Shown here piece by piece: positions 27,850 to 40,128 of a stretch of 64,000 nt of DNA. Each line of letters begins with the position of its first letter. Within the stretch, counting starts at the first letter, position 1. Below the pieces are notes generated by a model. It saw only the letters and a list, made by a program, of their open reading frames with translations. It was not told where the DNA came from and did not search any database. The DNA is from Octopus sinensis (taxonomy: Eukaryota): the NCBI RefSeq assembly GCF_006345805.1, contig NC_043000.1, positions 141,856,001-141,920,000 of the forward strand, given 5' to 3'. A program made the translations under genes and the position numbers.

Positions 27850-28641
27850 GCTTCAACTATATATCCTTGCTAATTATGTTCACGCTAAAATCTTTTCATG
27901 TTTAATATAACGTAATGTAATTACACAAGGTACACATGGGATATAATGAAATCTAATAATTATTTATTTAACCACATTCCGCTTATTATTATAGCAAATT
28001 AGGCATATACAACTGTATTTCTCTAGGAAGAAACGGTAGACTAAAATATTTCTCGTAAGTATAAACTTTTTCAAAGAGTATTTTCATATTGGGAATAGAA
28101 GTTTATGCATATTTTTATACATGCGCACACACATATACGCATGCATACATACTTTCACACCCACCCACACACACACATATATATACATATATATACATAT
28201 ATATCAAAATAAACAAAAGCATATCAAGTAGTAATGCAATACGGCAGTTTCAAGCGACTCCATTTTATTGAACATTGCAATCATTACATTAATTTAATTG
28301 CAGTACTATCTTCAGCTGCACGAAATTTAATGAGCTATATATCTATATATCTATAACTATATCTAAATTTAATATTCAGTACTCATAAAAAATGTACTTT
28401 CGTGGATCATCCTGTGAACCACATAATAAACAAAACAAAACAAAGGCTTATTTTGTATATTCCGAGAAACCAATAAACAATTTGGTAATGATTATTTCAT
28501 TGGAAGAGCATAGAATATAAAGAAAAAGACGTATATGATAAATATATTTATTTCACATTCATTTAACGATGATTGTTTCGCAGCATTTATCATATAAAAA
28601 AGAAATTATTTTAGTGTATAATATGAAATGAATTTCATATA

Positions 28642-28776
28642 CATTATTTGCATTTGACGGAAATGTCCTCATCTTGTTTGTTGTTAACACAACGTTTCGG
28701 CTGATATACCCTCCAGCCTTCATCAGGTGTCTTGGGGAAATTTCGAACCTGGTTCGCATTCCTAAGTTATTTTACG

Positions 28777-28850
<74 letters not shown>

Positions 28851-29028
28851 TCGAAAACTACCTTAGGAATAAGAACCCAGGTTTAAAATTCCGCAAGACA
28901 CCTGATGAAGGCTGGAGGGTATATCAGCCGAAACGTTGTGTTAACAAAGAAGATGAGGACAGATATCCGTCAAATATAAATAATGTAAATAATGTGCATA
29001 ATTCTTCGTCTCTTAAATATAGAACTGT
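28642..29028. mobile_element. Inverted pair of PLE pLTRs around (AAT)n, each with a hammerhead motif
   Basis: About 28642-28777 is inverted at about 28850-28987. Confidence 0.8.
28897..28942 (+). ncRNA. Minimal hammerhead ribozyme motif, canonical core (inverted twin at about 28686-28731)
   Basis: gacac-CTGATGA-a-ggctg..cagcc-GAAA-cgtt-gtgtt. Confidence 0.75.
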
Positions 29029-29624
29029 ATGGAATGAATTATTTTATATTACCTGTATGTAAGTATATAGTATAAATTATATAGCAGAATTGTATAATTT
29101 ATAAATTAATACAGGTAAAGTTGCTTGGTCATCAGGTCAAAGAATATTTTAGTTACTTTCATTCAACATAATATATTTTTCAACAAACGCTGTGTCAACT
29201 TTGAAAATATTGATATATGGCAGACAATAAGTAATAAAATTAATAAAGCGTTTTACTATAAGAGGGAGGCGGGAGATTTAGCAAAATATTAAATCGTAAA
29301 CAGTGAATTATGGTATTGGAAGAAAAGATTATATATAGTTTGATACAGATTGAAAATCTACAGTTATCGTTAATATTCTAAAGTTAAAAATAGTAGAGAG
29401 AAAATAATGAATCTCGGGAAAGGTTTGTAGATATTGTGTTTATGAAATATAGGAATGAATATCCAGAAAACGAAAAAGAAAGTGAAAGTAAAAACTTAGG
29501 ATGAAATAAAGGAAGACAGACTATAAGCAATATTAGTGTTGTTAATGGGAAAACATTGGAATATATTGACGAAACTAATCGAAAAAAAATGTTAGTAAGA
29601 ACTAGGATAGTGTTAAGAAATATG

Positions 29625-29860
29625 TACGAGGTGGTATCAAATATTTCCAGGACTAGTAATATTTAACAAAAAACAAAAAGGACTTAAGTTTTCACGTCAT
29701 CTCCTGGGATTCGCTCTTGATCTCGACAACGGTGTTAATACAGCAGCCTTTGAGCTGAAGTTTCATCTTGGGAGTGAGATGGAAGTCTGCGGGTGCGAAA
29801 TCGGACGATCCTCACGCACAAGCTGATTAACTTATATCAATTGTTCAAATTTTTTAAAAT
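29625..29860. mobile_element. Mariner-like relic
   Basis: TA-cgaggtggtatcaaa TIR-like start and degenerate gaagtc.gcggg.gcgaaatcgg (PDLAP.DF-like on the minus strand). Confidence 0.4.
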
Positions 29861-30529
29861 CAGAAATATATGAATGTTCACTGGGTTTGTAAAAGAGAGC
29901 AACAGGAAAGCTACAGGCAACCAAAAGAGAAATGATCACAATAAGTAGTCTGCTACCCTCCCTAGTCGTTACCATTCCCAAATGAAGGATTCCTCACCAT
30001 GCAGGTGACCGGGACAGCCGTAAGATGCATTACAGATCTACATCAATTGGAAAGTTGTGATCCAGCTCAAATAAACATTAACAATTGTGTGACGTGAGGG
30101 CTAAAGGGAAATGAAAGTGTCACCTCTGGAGTTTGCCAACGACAACTATGCCGATAAGTAACTGAACAGAATAAATTTACAATCTATAAATCTCTTTGAA
30201 TGACCAATCACTTATCTGGAAAGGTCTTGAAGTGAACGCTACCACCTTGGAGCTATCTCTAACCCAGTGATAATGAAAAGACGGTTAAGGAGGTCTGCAA
30301 CCAAATTGCTCTACTGAAAATAACATTTGCAACTGAATCAGTGGAGCAAAAATGCCTCTCCTTTACTTGACAATTTATGCATCACATTGCAGAAATAACA
30401 ATGTAAGTGTATGTCAAAGCAAACTCATACACTGTTGTACCATTGAATTACAAAAATCGCTCATCTTGTATGCTCGAGTGATTCAGCAGCTTCGAAGACT
30501 AGAATTGTATTCGTCCTGGGTTAGGAAAA

Positions 30530-31150
30530 ATGACTAAATTGTTGGGGTTAAGCCACCATTAAAGGATCTTACTAACTCGTAAGAAGTTGAATTTTTAGGA
30601 ATATTACTTCATTTGTATCTAATATCTATTGTCAAATTTCATCAACAGCAAAAATATATGAATTTTAATGGGTGTTATGGCCTCATTTATGCCCCTTCAC
30701 TTCAAGTAGATATTGCATTACATCTGTCCTTATAGATAGAATATAAATTCCAAATTAAATAAAGATCCATTCAGTACTGTTGACCTAGCTTTGGATCGTA
30801 AGAAATTACTAAAATTTGGGAGTTAAGGCATGCAGGGGGTCTTAGAATCCTCGCGAGAAGCGAAAACTTTTGGAATACTTATTGATGTTTATCAATTACC
30901 TGTGATTGAAATTTCATTATTATCGGAAAAGCCACCTCAAATTCAAACCAAACATACTGCATTATACTGACCCTTATGCATTGAATCTAAATTCCAAATA
31001 TCATAAGGATCCATTCAGTTATTTTGATCCATGAAATTGTATGAAACATACGGCATTACCCTTCTACCTAGGCTTGGCTTTTGTGTTCCAAATTTCATTA
31101 GAATCGGTACAGTAGTTTTCGAGTCTATAAGTAACACACGAACACGCATA
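30530..31150. mobile_element. Non-autonomous Helitron-like repeat with internal subrepeats
   Basis: Repeated ccaaattt.at.a.gatccattcagt units, ending in taacacacgaac..catttatata. Confidence 0.4.
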
Positions 31151-31315
31151 AAGACATTGACATTTATATAATTTTCTACTCCCGCGGCTTGGAGGAGTAT
31201 CGGTCACAAGTGGAAGAAAACATATTCCACAGAGATATATACATTCTCACCTCTTATTGCCAGAGCTACATACATGAACATGCATATCTATATATAATTA
31301 TTTTTATGTAACCAG

Positions 31316-31453
31316 TCATCTTAAATGAATATTCTGGAAGTTGCACCTCATCGGCGCATTGTGTGAGATACCAATTATTGAACAGTAGAAATATTGAGTT
31401 CTTTTTTTTATATGGAACCTCTTTCGCTACACGTTCATATTTACTAGCGCCAG
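31316..31453 (+). pseudogene. Calcium-binding EGF-like exon remnant (138 nt, phase 1-1)
   Basis: accag|ILNEYSGSCTSSAHCV...LLAP|gtataa. Resembles D.NEC..C...A.C with symmetric phase-1 boundaries. Confidence 0.4.
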
Positions 31454-31639
31454 GTATAAAGTTTCCAAAATGTATTCCACTAAACGCATATACACACCAA
31501 CGCACGTATATGGTATCTCATATGAGTGTGTGCGTTTGTGTATGTCTTTTAATGTTTGTTATATATACATGTTCCTATGTATATGTGTATGTGAGTTTGC
31601 GAGCACATACATAAATGCATGCATGCATGCAAGTTTAAA

Positions 31640-31940
31640 CAAGATCCTGGTAAAGCTAATCTAAAGCAACTTGCCAATCTTTTCACCACTCGCCTCAAGC
31701 AAAGCAAAATCTATAAAACTTGGCACAATGCAATAAACTATCAGCTACATAGAAACAGAAATAGGGAAGACTAACAACACATCGCCTTATAATCCTTCTC
31801 AACACAATATACAAAATAGCGACAAAGACATTCACCGATGAACTGAAAGAAATCCAACCAGGAAAAAAAAAAGGATTTTGAGATAGTTTTTTTATATTAT
31901 AGATTACGTATAGCCTTTGAATCTGTTAAGCAAATTTTCA
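31640..31940 (+). mobile_element. RTE-like LINE RT fragment
   Basis: KQLANLFT, TWHNA, IYKIATK, LDY..AFESV-like degenerate motifs. Confidence 0.5.
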
Positions 31941-32079
31941 CAGAACGTTCTTTGACTTTGTAATTTTTCTTTATTTTTTCCTTTGTGGTTTACAAAAATA
32001 GCCCCATTTGATATACATACCAATGGTGTTAATAGAACCAATATTCGTTAACTTCTTACCATATATTTAATCATATATG

Positions 32080-34306
32080 GCACGATGCTGTCCCATCCAC
32101 AATATTTTTTCTCAAAATTCCGCGTACCGTAATGTTTATATGTTGCCAAATATTTGGTTTGTGGAAGTAAATTCACAATCAAACAAGATTGAGGATAACT
32201 TGATACTGAATATTCTACGATATACAGTTATCCCTCGACTATGGCATGTGTTATGTTCCAAAAACCCACACGATAGGTGAAAATCCGCGAAGTAGAAACA
32301 GTACTGTACTGTGTTTTGTCTTTTATTATTTCTTTAATGTTTATACATTTATTTTATTATAAATGGAAAACAACACCGCAGAGGAATCGACGTAAGCTCA
32401 AATGATAAACCGCGATAGGTGAACCAAGATATGGCGAAGGATCACTGTATGTACAAATGTATCACGTATCTGACAGGGAAACAGTATTCATGTTGTATAC
32501 ATGCACTTATTCTTATCGTACAAAATACCACGTGTATATTTCTTTTACCACGGGATTCGGTCAAGTTAGATCGGAATTGGCATATTTCATTTCTAGTTTA
32601 AGGTACGTTCTCGGACCTACAAATTAGCGGGTCCGTGTTATTTATTTATTTATTTTTTTTTGCGGCTCGCTGTTATAGAAATGCAAAATTATAAATATGT
32701 CAAATATACTTAACCACAGACTCTTTGTATATACATATGTGTGTGTATGATGTTAAATATAGGTATGTATATACACATATACACACTCACAAAGACGCAC
32801 GTGCACACACTCACATACAACCACACACGCACACATACATGTATATATTAAGGAATAACTTGAAAGGAAACTTCTCTGAGTAGAATATTTCATTATCACT
32901 TTGAGTGACAGCAGAATTTGAAGAAACGAATATCTCGATGAATTACATGGTTATGCCGACTAGAAAATTCTTCTTCAATCTTTTTATAGAGAGAATCGTT
33001 GCTTTCACTAAATGCATGAGATAGCGTGCTTACTTTTACGACCAGCGTTCCCACCAGAGACATAACTATCAACCACCAACAGAATTACATAATGAGGATG
33101 TATAATATACACCCCCTAACCCATATCCTGATATCGCTTTTGAAGCAGTTTTATTCTCTGTGATAAAATGAATCAAGATCAATAGGAACAGGAATTACTT
33201 CTAGCAATAATTCCAGAAACGACTTAAGCATTTCTCGCATAATCCTTACTTGCTTTGCAACGCCATAAAATCTGAAAACATATACTATACCATCTTGTTC
33301 ACAATACATGCCACACTATATACCATAAAATTCACACGTAATTATAAGACAATTAACTCTGTAGTTTTAAGAAATATAAATACTGCACGAAAATCTATTC
33401 TGGGATTCCGGGATTAAACACAAATAGTGAACATTAGATGCCCCGCACTTTATATGATAATGATACTAGTCGGTGTGTTACCGAAATTTTCCTTTAAGGT
33501 TTAAAAACATCCTTAAATTGGATATAGGTGGTAACAGTAAAATATTCTAAACACAACTTAGACTATCACTCACAGACGCTGAAGCAAGTGGTTGATTCTA
33601 AGACGTAGGTATTACCGTAATTTTGTACGTATAAGCATGATGACATTGGCAGTTACTAAATTCTTATTACCCAGCAATACTTGAGTTTCATATTAGCTAT
33701 GATAAGATCATTATCGTATATGAAGCATGGAGTCGTGATTATCTTTGCAACGAAACGTATAGTTAGTAAGGGATTCGACAGCATTTGCAGACTCCATATC
33801 TTCCATTAAATTGGAGGACAGATCTTTAATACTTAATGGGTTTTCGCAGAACACGAGATATACCAAAGCAAAATGGAGTATTAGGGAGGGCCACCGTAGA
33901 TCTATGAATGTAGTAGTTTAAATGTGCTTTATAATTTGAAGGTTGTTAAGATACTCTCTGTCTGTCAGTCTGTCTGTCTCTCTCTCTCTATCTCTCTGCT
34001 TCTCTTTCTCTGTTAATCCACTGAAACAATAACTAAATATTTAACCGCAACGTAATTAAATTATCTAGCTTCACAACTCCTTAATTAGATGAAACTATTG
34101 CTTCCTCTGCTCTTGTTGAATAGTTATAAATGATTAGTTCCAGTGACAATGACAATAGTATAAAGTAATCATATAGATTCGGCAGCATTGTACTCATCAC
34201 AGGGTATGTTCAGTACTTTATAAGTAGCTCTTTGAACAAAGCAAATATATTGACTGCAAGCTACTTTACATTTTATTCGTCCAGATCTTCACTGGATTTT
34301 ATTATT
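32080..34306 (+). pseudogene. Four sushi/CCP exon remnants (about 32080-32466, 33046-33210, 33700-33830, 34144-34306)
   Basis: TVMFIC../GS..TI..KCI; IIYTP..*YRF*SSFILCD; YLCNETY/LVRDS/SIC..NW; SYRFGSIVL...PDLH. Each fits part of the sushi consensus. Confidence 0.45.
32225..32447. mobile_element. Tigger/pogo-like MITE
   Basis: TA duplication, imperfect TIRs cagttatccctcg / cgaaggatcactg. Confidence 0.8.
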
Positions 34307-34772
34307 GTAATAAGGTTTTGCACGTTTACAAGAGACGATTCGCCTCATTTGCATTGAGTTATGGTTTTATAAATGAAAAGTTAAACTCGATCTGTAAGAG
34401 AGTGATAAATTTCTGTTTCTGCTTCTTGATTTTTTCCATTTTTACTCATAATAAACAGCAGTATATTTTTAAGTGGTTTCCCTGTTTAGTAGGCAGAATG
34501 GAATCACTCGAGAGTTACAACAATGCAAGACATTAACACAGTGATGTATAGTTTGGACGAGACAGTGATACACTGATATTTATAATATTTCTTTAGAAGA
34601 AATATCGGAGTGAATATGTAAATAAGGCTATGGTAAACATCATATTTCATCAATTATTAGGTAATAACAACTGTAAGGTGAACTCTAAACTGTAATATAA
34701 GAAACCTATATACTAGAATAACGTATTGAACACTAACTTGAAGACAGAACTGAATTCAATTTAATCTTAATC

Positions 34773-36070
34773 ATAGGGAGAGTTCACGAAAAAACAAAAG
34801 ACGAAGACGGGTGGTGTAGAAAACAAACAGATGTATTAGTATAACGCTCAGGAATTGGAAAAATATTTTACGTTTCGGGCCCACACTCTTCTACAGAAAG
34901 GGACACAGAAAAAAACAAAGCAAAGAGAGGAACAAGGAGTCAAAAAAGTGTAGTGGCTATAAGCCCAGTGTTCATTACAAGGATTATCTACTCAAAGCAG
35001 TCTAATCAGCCGTATGTTGCCAAGAATACAAGGTTCAGCTCTACATCAAAAGAGAATCAACATGCTGGACCGATTGGCATATCAAGGTGGAATGTTGACA
35101 CTAGGGGCCAGCGTAGCCGACGCTGTTGTATGTTTGTGTTGTGAGATTGTTATTGACATTTATATTTTTGTTTTGTAATTGATACTAACCCAATTTTCAG
35201 CTTATTTCGCTCAGAAACCAGGTATCAGCTTCAAAGGCCATAAGTCAAACTTTGCTGCAAATCCCACCGTTAACTCATTAGCCTGTCCTAGTCAGATCTA
35301 GGAAGATTGAGTAAAGTATAACTAAGCAGTTACCCACGCTTTGGAAAAGAATTAAATTGGATTCACAGACAAATTCGTTTGCGGATCTGCAGCGGTTTTA
35401 GGATATTAAGCGTAAGAAAACTACTAGATTCACTGAAATATGTATTTCCACTATGCTTCCACCCACCCTTCTAAATAGGACACTAATTTTTGCGAGGAAA
35501 ACTGTAGAACATTTATGAACGAAACTGACATTATATTAGAAGCTAGGAAAACAATTATTGAATGTGAGGTTAAGCTTTGGACTAGGTAGTATAGGATCAA
35601 CGATTTCGATATCATTGTGGGATCAAGTGAATCCGCTGTGGGGACAAATGTGGTGGGAATATAAAGTACCTAAATAGGGAGTTTCTTCAATTAGCCGGTG
35701 GGGGTTATACTAGGATGAAGTATTGTCTACAATCCGCAATTGTAATAAATAGCATGGAAAGATATAAAAACAAAACCCTTTTGATCAAACTCTCAATAAG
35801 GAATCGTGAAGAAATTGACATAACAACACACGCACATCCTCCTGGTCTAAACACTTAAAAATAACACATATTCAAGTTAAATGGTAAATGTCAATTTTCT
35901 GAACTTCTTGAATTATAGAAGATTCCCTTTTCTTGTCCCTTATTTCTATCTTTATTTGAGCATAGGCTCGAAACATTGAAGTCTTTTTCAGTTCCCGAGG
36001 GTTAAGCTCATACACGTTTGTTGTCTACACCACCTGTCTTTTATTTGTTTTTTTTTGTGATTTCTCCCCC

Positions 36071-36071
<1 letters not shown>
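34773..36071 (+). mobile_element. Penelope-like RT fragment between two oppositely oriented pLTR copies
   Basis: KGHKSNFAANPTV, PTLLNRTLIFARK, DIILEARKTII..KLWTR..FDIIVGSSESA..VVGI, LY*DE. Flanks (34773-34960, 35920-36071) match the 9768 family. Confidence 0.8.
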
Positions 36072-36117
<46 letters not shown>

Positions 36118-36718
36118 CTGTATCCATGCATCCATACATATATACATATATACATATATTTATGTATGTATGTATGTATATATATACATGCACACGCTTG
36201 TGTGCAAGTGTAAGTGTGACTGAGAGCATGTATGTATGCATGTATATATCTACGAGAGAGAGAGAGAGAGAGAGTGAAGAAGTGATTGCGTGGAAAAGAG
36301 AGATAGTGTAAGGTCGAATAGATAAAAGCAGCGTCAGAGTGACAGTCAGATAAATGTTCCAGCGAAAATAAGGAAATAAAAAGAAAATGGATAACGCATC
36401 AAAACCAGTTAAAGAATAACGTTCACTATTGTAATAATAGGGAAATGTGCTAAACGATTATAGGTGAAAAATCCGCTAAGATAATGTTAAAGTGTGATCC
36501 ACTAGTTTTGTAAGGTTAGTGTATCTGTGCTACATTTCTTTCTCGCAATCATCAGATAGTTTCATTCGTTGACAACAAAAGTTTACGATGGTACAAATTA
36601 GGCAGACGTATCATGGCGCGCACGCTGCTTTAAAACACACATCCCTTCCCCTATACATGCAATGGAATATTCATCCGCATAAATATGGTGTTGCTTTTCA
36701 CATGCGCGCATGTATATA

Positions 36719-36841
36719 TATATCACATGATCACGTGACCGACCAGACCATCAGATGTTGCTACACATAGCTGGTCACAATGCGATCGCATTGTTTAAGC
36801 CTTCGATTGACGCCACCCCGCTGGCTAAGCGAGCAGGCCAA
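36719..36841 (-). mobile_element. SINE/RTE 3'-tail fragment
   Basis: Minus strand ends ...tctggtcggtcacgtgatcatgtgata and lies within (TA)n. Confidence 0.5.
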
Positions 36842-37004
36842 TATATATATATCTAATATATATATATATATATATATATTATGCTTCAACACACGATCTC
36901 ACATAAAGAATTTTGCAAACCAGATCCCCAAACGAAATGCATGCATATAAATATATATACACATACATATATGTACACCACACACACACACACACACACA
37001 CACG

Positions 37005-37044
<40 letters not shown>

Positions 37045-37739
37045 AGGAAGAGTAGTTTTGCAATATCTTAGCACATAAAATGATACAATGTATAAAAGTA
37101 CGTGACTGTTTTGAATGGAAAGGCAAAAATCAGTTACTACATTTATATGAATAAACGTTTTCTAGCAATACTAGTAAACTGCAAATAAGTATAAAATGTA
37201 GATAAGATGTATGAAAGCGGGAACACACAAGTAGGAACCTCACTTCTCTAAACTATTGTTTCATATACATAAATAGCATGGAGAGAGAAGACTGTATTTC
37301 GAGTATTTTCCCCTGTTTGTTCATGCACATGAACTGTCTACAGAAGGAAATAGGGGAAATTTTAAAGGAACACTTAGTAAAATCTAAACTAACGGGTTTC
37401 TGGCGAACCAGTTTGATTTACAAGCTTGAGGTTCACAAACGGTATGGTATTATGAAATTGCTGAGCCGGCCACTTCATATAATTAAAATATGTACCTCCT
37501 AATTTTGGTAAACGTCTTTTTTTAGGCCATCAACTGCATAAACACACGCACATATACAATTATGCACACAGAAACACTCAGATGTGTATGTGTATACTCA
37601 CATACACTCACACGTGTATGTGTATACACACACGCACACATACACACACACACATATATATGTGTATACAGGGTGCGTAAGGTATTTGAGGACATGCCTG
37701 TTTTGGTTCATTGCTGCAATTTTACTAACTCTGTATAGT

Positions 37740-38560
37740 CTTTGCTTCAGAAAATAATAATGGCAGACCCTAAGTATACTCAAGAAATGAAGAGACCTGC
37801 TGTTATCGTGGTTATAAAGGTTGAGTATAGCGATTTAGTCAGAGATACACCGAAATTTTGGTATAGTTCTGTCAGACAATTTAGTCAGAATTTAGGAATT
37901 CATTCCAGCCCTGGGGTTTTCCATTTGTGAAACTTCCTAAGAATACATCTTAACTCTTCTATTTTTATTGCCTCCCATTTCTTCTCTTCAACTTCTTCCA
38001 ACATGTTATTGGTCGGTAGTTCTTTGGATTTTTTGTGTCTTCGGTTTTTGGTCGAAGGTATGTTGTTCCTTCAGTCAGTCATGCAGTTATTTCCTCAGGG
38101 TTCTGGATGACATCAGTTAGAGATGCAGCAAAAATTTGGTGTACTTACGTCAGACAATTTAGTGAGAAACTACGAATTGGGTCCAGTCCTGAGGTTTTCC
38201 ATTTGTGAAACTTCATAAGAACGCATCTTAACACTTCTATTTCTACTGTCTCCCATTTATGCTCTTCAACTCCATCTAGTTTCACTTTCTCACCTTCTAT
38301 CCAGTGAGCATTATATTCATTTTTGTTGCTCCGTATTTTCTTCCAGAACTCTTCCATTTCCTTAGTCTTAGGTAGGCCCGTTTTCTTCTATCATATTTTG
38401 CCAATTTCCCTGTAAAATTTTTTTGCATCCGTCTTGAATATCTTGTTTTGTCGATGAAATTTGATTAGTTTGCCATAACTTCTAAGCCGTTCGGCCTTCA
38501 GTTGTATTCGTCGTTTCACTATTTCTTTGGTTGCAGGGAGGTTTAAAAATCTTTGAAGTT
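37740..38560 (-). mobile_element. R4/Dong-type LINE fragments (two overlapping copies)
   Basis: QNKIFKTDAKKFYREIG, EEFWKKI, KFHKWKTSGLD; the WK.PG.. segment is repeated at about 37900. Confidence 0.8.
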
Positions 38561-38574
38561 TTCATATTAAACGG

Positions 38575-39385
38575 AAGATTTAATATTAGCTGCACAATAT
38601 CAAAGTTTGCTTTCCAAAGACTACCAGGCTAACGTTCTTCAAAACTGTTCTGACCCTAAATCCAGATTCTGCAATGAATTTAATGAAACACTAAATCATC
38701 TCGTCTCGAGATGTCATGTGTTGACACCAAACAAATATAAATATCGCCAGAAAACTTCGGACAGTATTTACATTGGAAAATATGTAGACACTGCAAAATC
38801 AGCACTTCTGCTTACTGGTGTGAACATCAACCTCAGCTAATCGTTGAAGGTAAAAACATCACTGTCCTCTGGGATTTTCCACTCAACACCGACAGAAAAA
38901 TCCAGGCTAATCGACCAGATATATTAAAGACAGAAAATAAAATACTTGTAGAATCATTGATGTAAGTGTTATCACTGATAATATTATATCCGTAAAGAAA
39001 TCTGACAGCTAAATATATGGACCTGGAAATTGAAATGCAAAAGATGTGGTTTCTTAAATCGAGAAATGTTACTATTATTGTGGGTGCTCTATGTATAGTA
39101 TACAGGGGATATCAGAAACATCTAGATAAAATACCAGGAGAACCATGTCTCAGAGAAATCCAAAGGATTGTACTGATAAATAATGTACGCATCCTTAAAA
39201 GAAAAATAACCTTTCCATCTAGATATCTGTGTTGCATTACATGAAGATATTGCACTACTGCCCCTGGCACTTCCTCAACCCCAGGTTTTTAGTCGTACTG
39301 TAATATCTCTTATCTTTCATTCGCCTTAGGACTTTGGGCGTGTCTCGGCAAGTGATTGTAACAAGCATACAGACTAAAAGTAAAT
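38575..39385 (+). mobile_element. R4/Dong-type LINE 3' end (CCHC + RLE)
   Basis: RFCNEFNETLNHLVSRC, LWDFPLNTDRKIQANRPDI, IIDVSV, DLEIEMQKMW, IIVGAL. Confidence 0.85.
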
Positions 39386-39450
39386 AGTAGTAGTAATAAA
39401 AGTAGTTATAGTAGTAGTAATAGTAGTAGTAGTAGTAGTAGTAGTAACAA

Positions 39451-39487
<37 letters not shown>

Positions 39488-39668
39488 TGTAGTAGTAGTA
39501 GTGGCAGCAGCAGCAGTAGTAGTAGTGGTAGTAGTAGTAGTAGTTGTAGTAGTAGTAGTAGTAGTAGTAGTGGCAGCAGCAGCAGTAGTAGTAGTGGTAG
39601 TAGTAGTGGTGGTGGTGGTAGTGGTGGTAGTGGTGGTTGTGGTGGTGGTGGTAGTGGTGGTAGTGGTG

Positions 39669-39709
<41 letters not shown>

Positions 39710-39760
39710 GGTGGTGGTGGTAGTAGTAGTATTAGTAGTAGTAGTAGTAGCAGCAGCAGC

Positions 39761-39791
<31 letters not shown>

Positions 39792-39822
39792 ATATTAGTA
39801 GTAGTAGTTAGTAGTAGTAGTA
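39385..39822. repeat. (TAG/TGG/CAG)n compound microsatellite
   Basis: Directly visible. Confidence 0.95.
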
Positions 39823-39829
39823 GAGAATA

Positions 39830-40128
39830 GAAAGTGCCATATAAGTGACTTTATACTCCCAAATGACGAAACAATCTATATCAGAGGTATAGAAACCAGA
39901 ACCTAGCCATATGAGAGGTATAGTACCAGGACCTAACCATTGAATTACAGAGACTATGGAAAGTGTGGGTAAAATGTATCCCAGTATTTATAGCTGCGTT
40001 AGAAACTATCCTTACAGATCTGAACAGATAGATAGAGGAAAAAAAGCATAAACCACAGTTTAGTACAGCTCCAGAAAACAATGTTATTAGGGACAGCTAG
40101 GATACTTAGAAGGGTTCTTTCGTGTAAT
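39830..40128 (+). mobile_element. R4/Dong-type RLE C-terminal fragment
   Basis: YQDLTIELQRLWKV..IPVFIAAL..LQKTMLLGTARILRRVL. Confidence 0.75.

Noticed and set aside
29860-30300. Possible PIF1-helicase relic on the minus strand
   Set aside because: Motif similarity is too weak to support by eye.
8248-33157. Chain of minus-strand micro-exons with good splice sites (about 33157-33036, 32209-32060, 25078-25027, 19495-19476, 13388-13347, 9092-9027, 8292-8248) giving NYDLRHGFLVNCGCLLSSWYFIFKMALPNNLDSPVNCT
   Set aside because: GTAAG and YAG signals are frequent by chance in AT-rich DNA, the peptide matches no family I recognise, and most segments are better explained as antisense of + strand domain remnants. 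An antisense spliced RNA is not excluded without RNA-seq.
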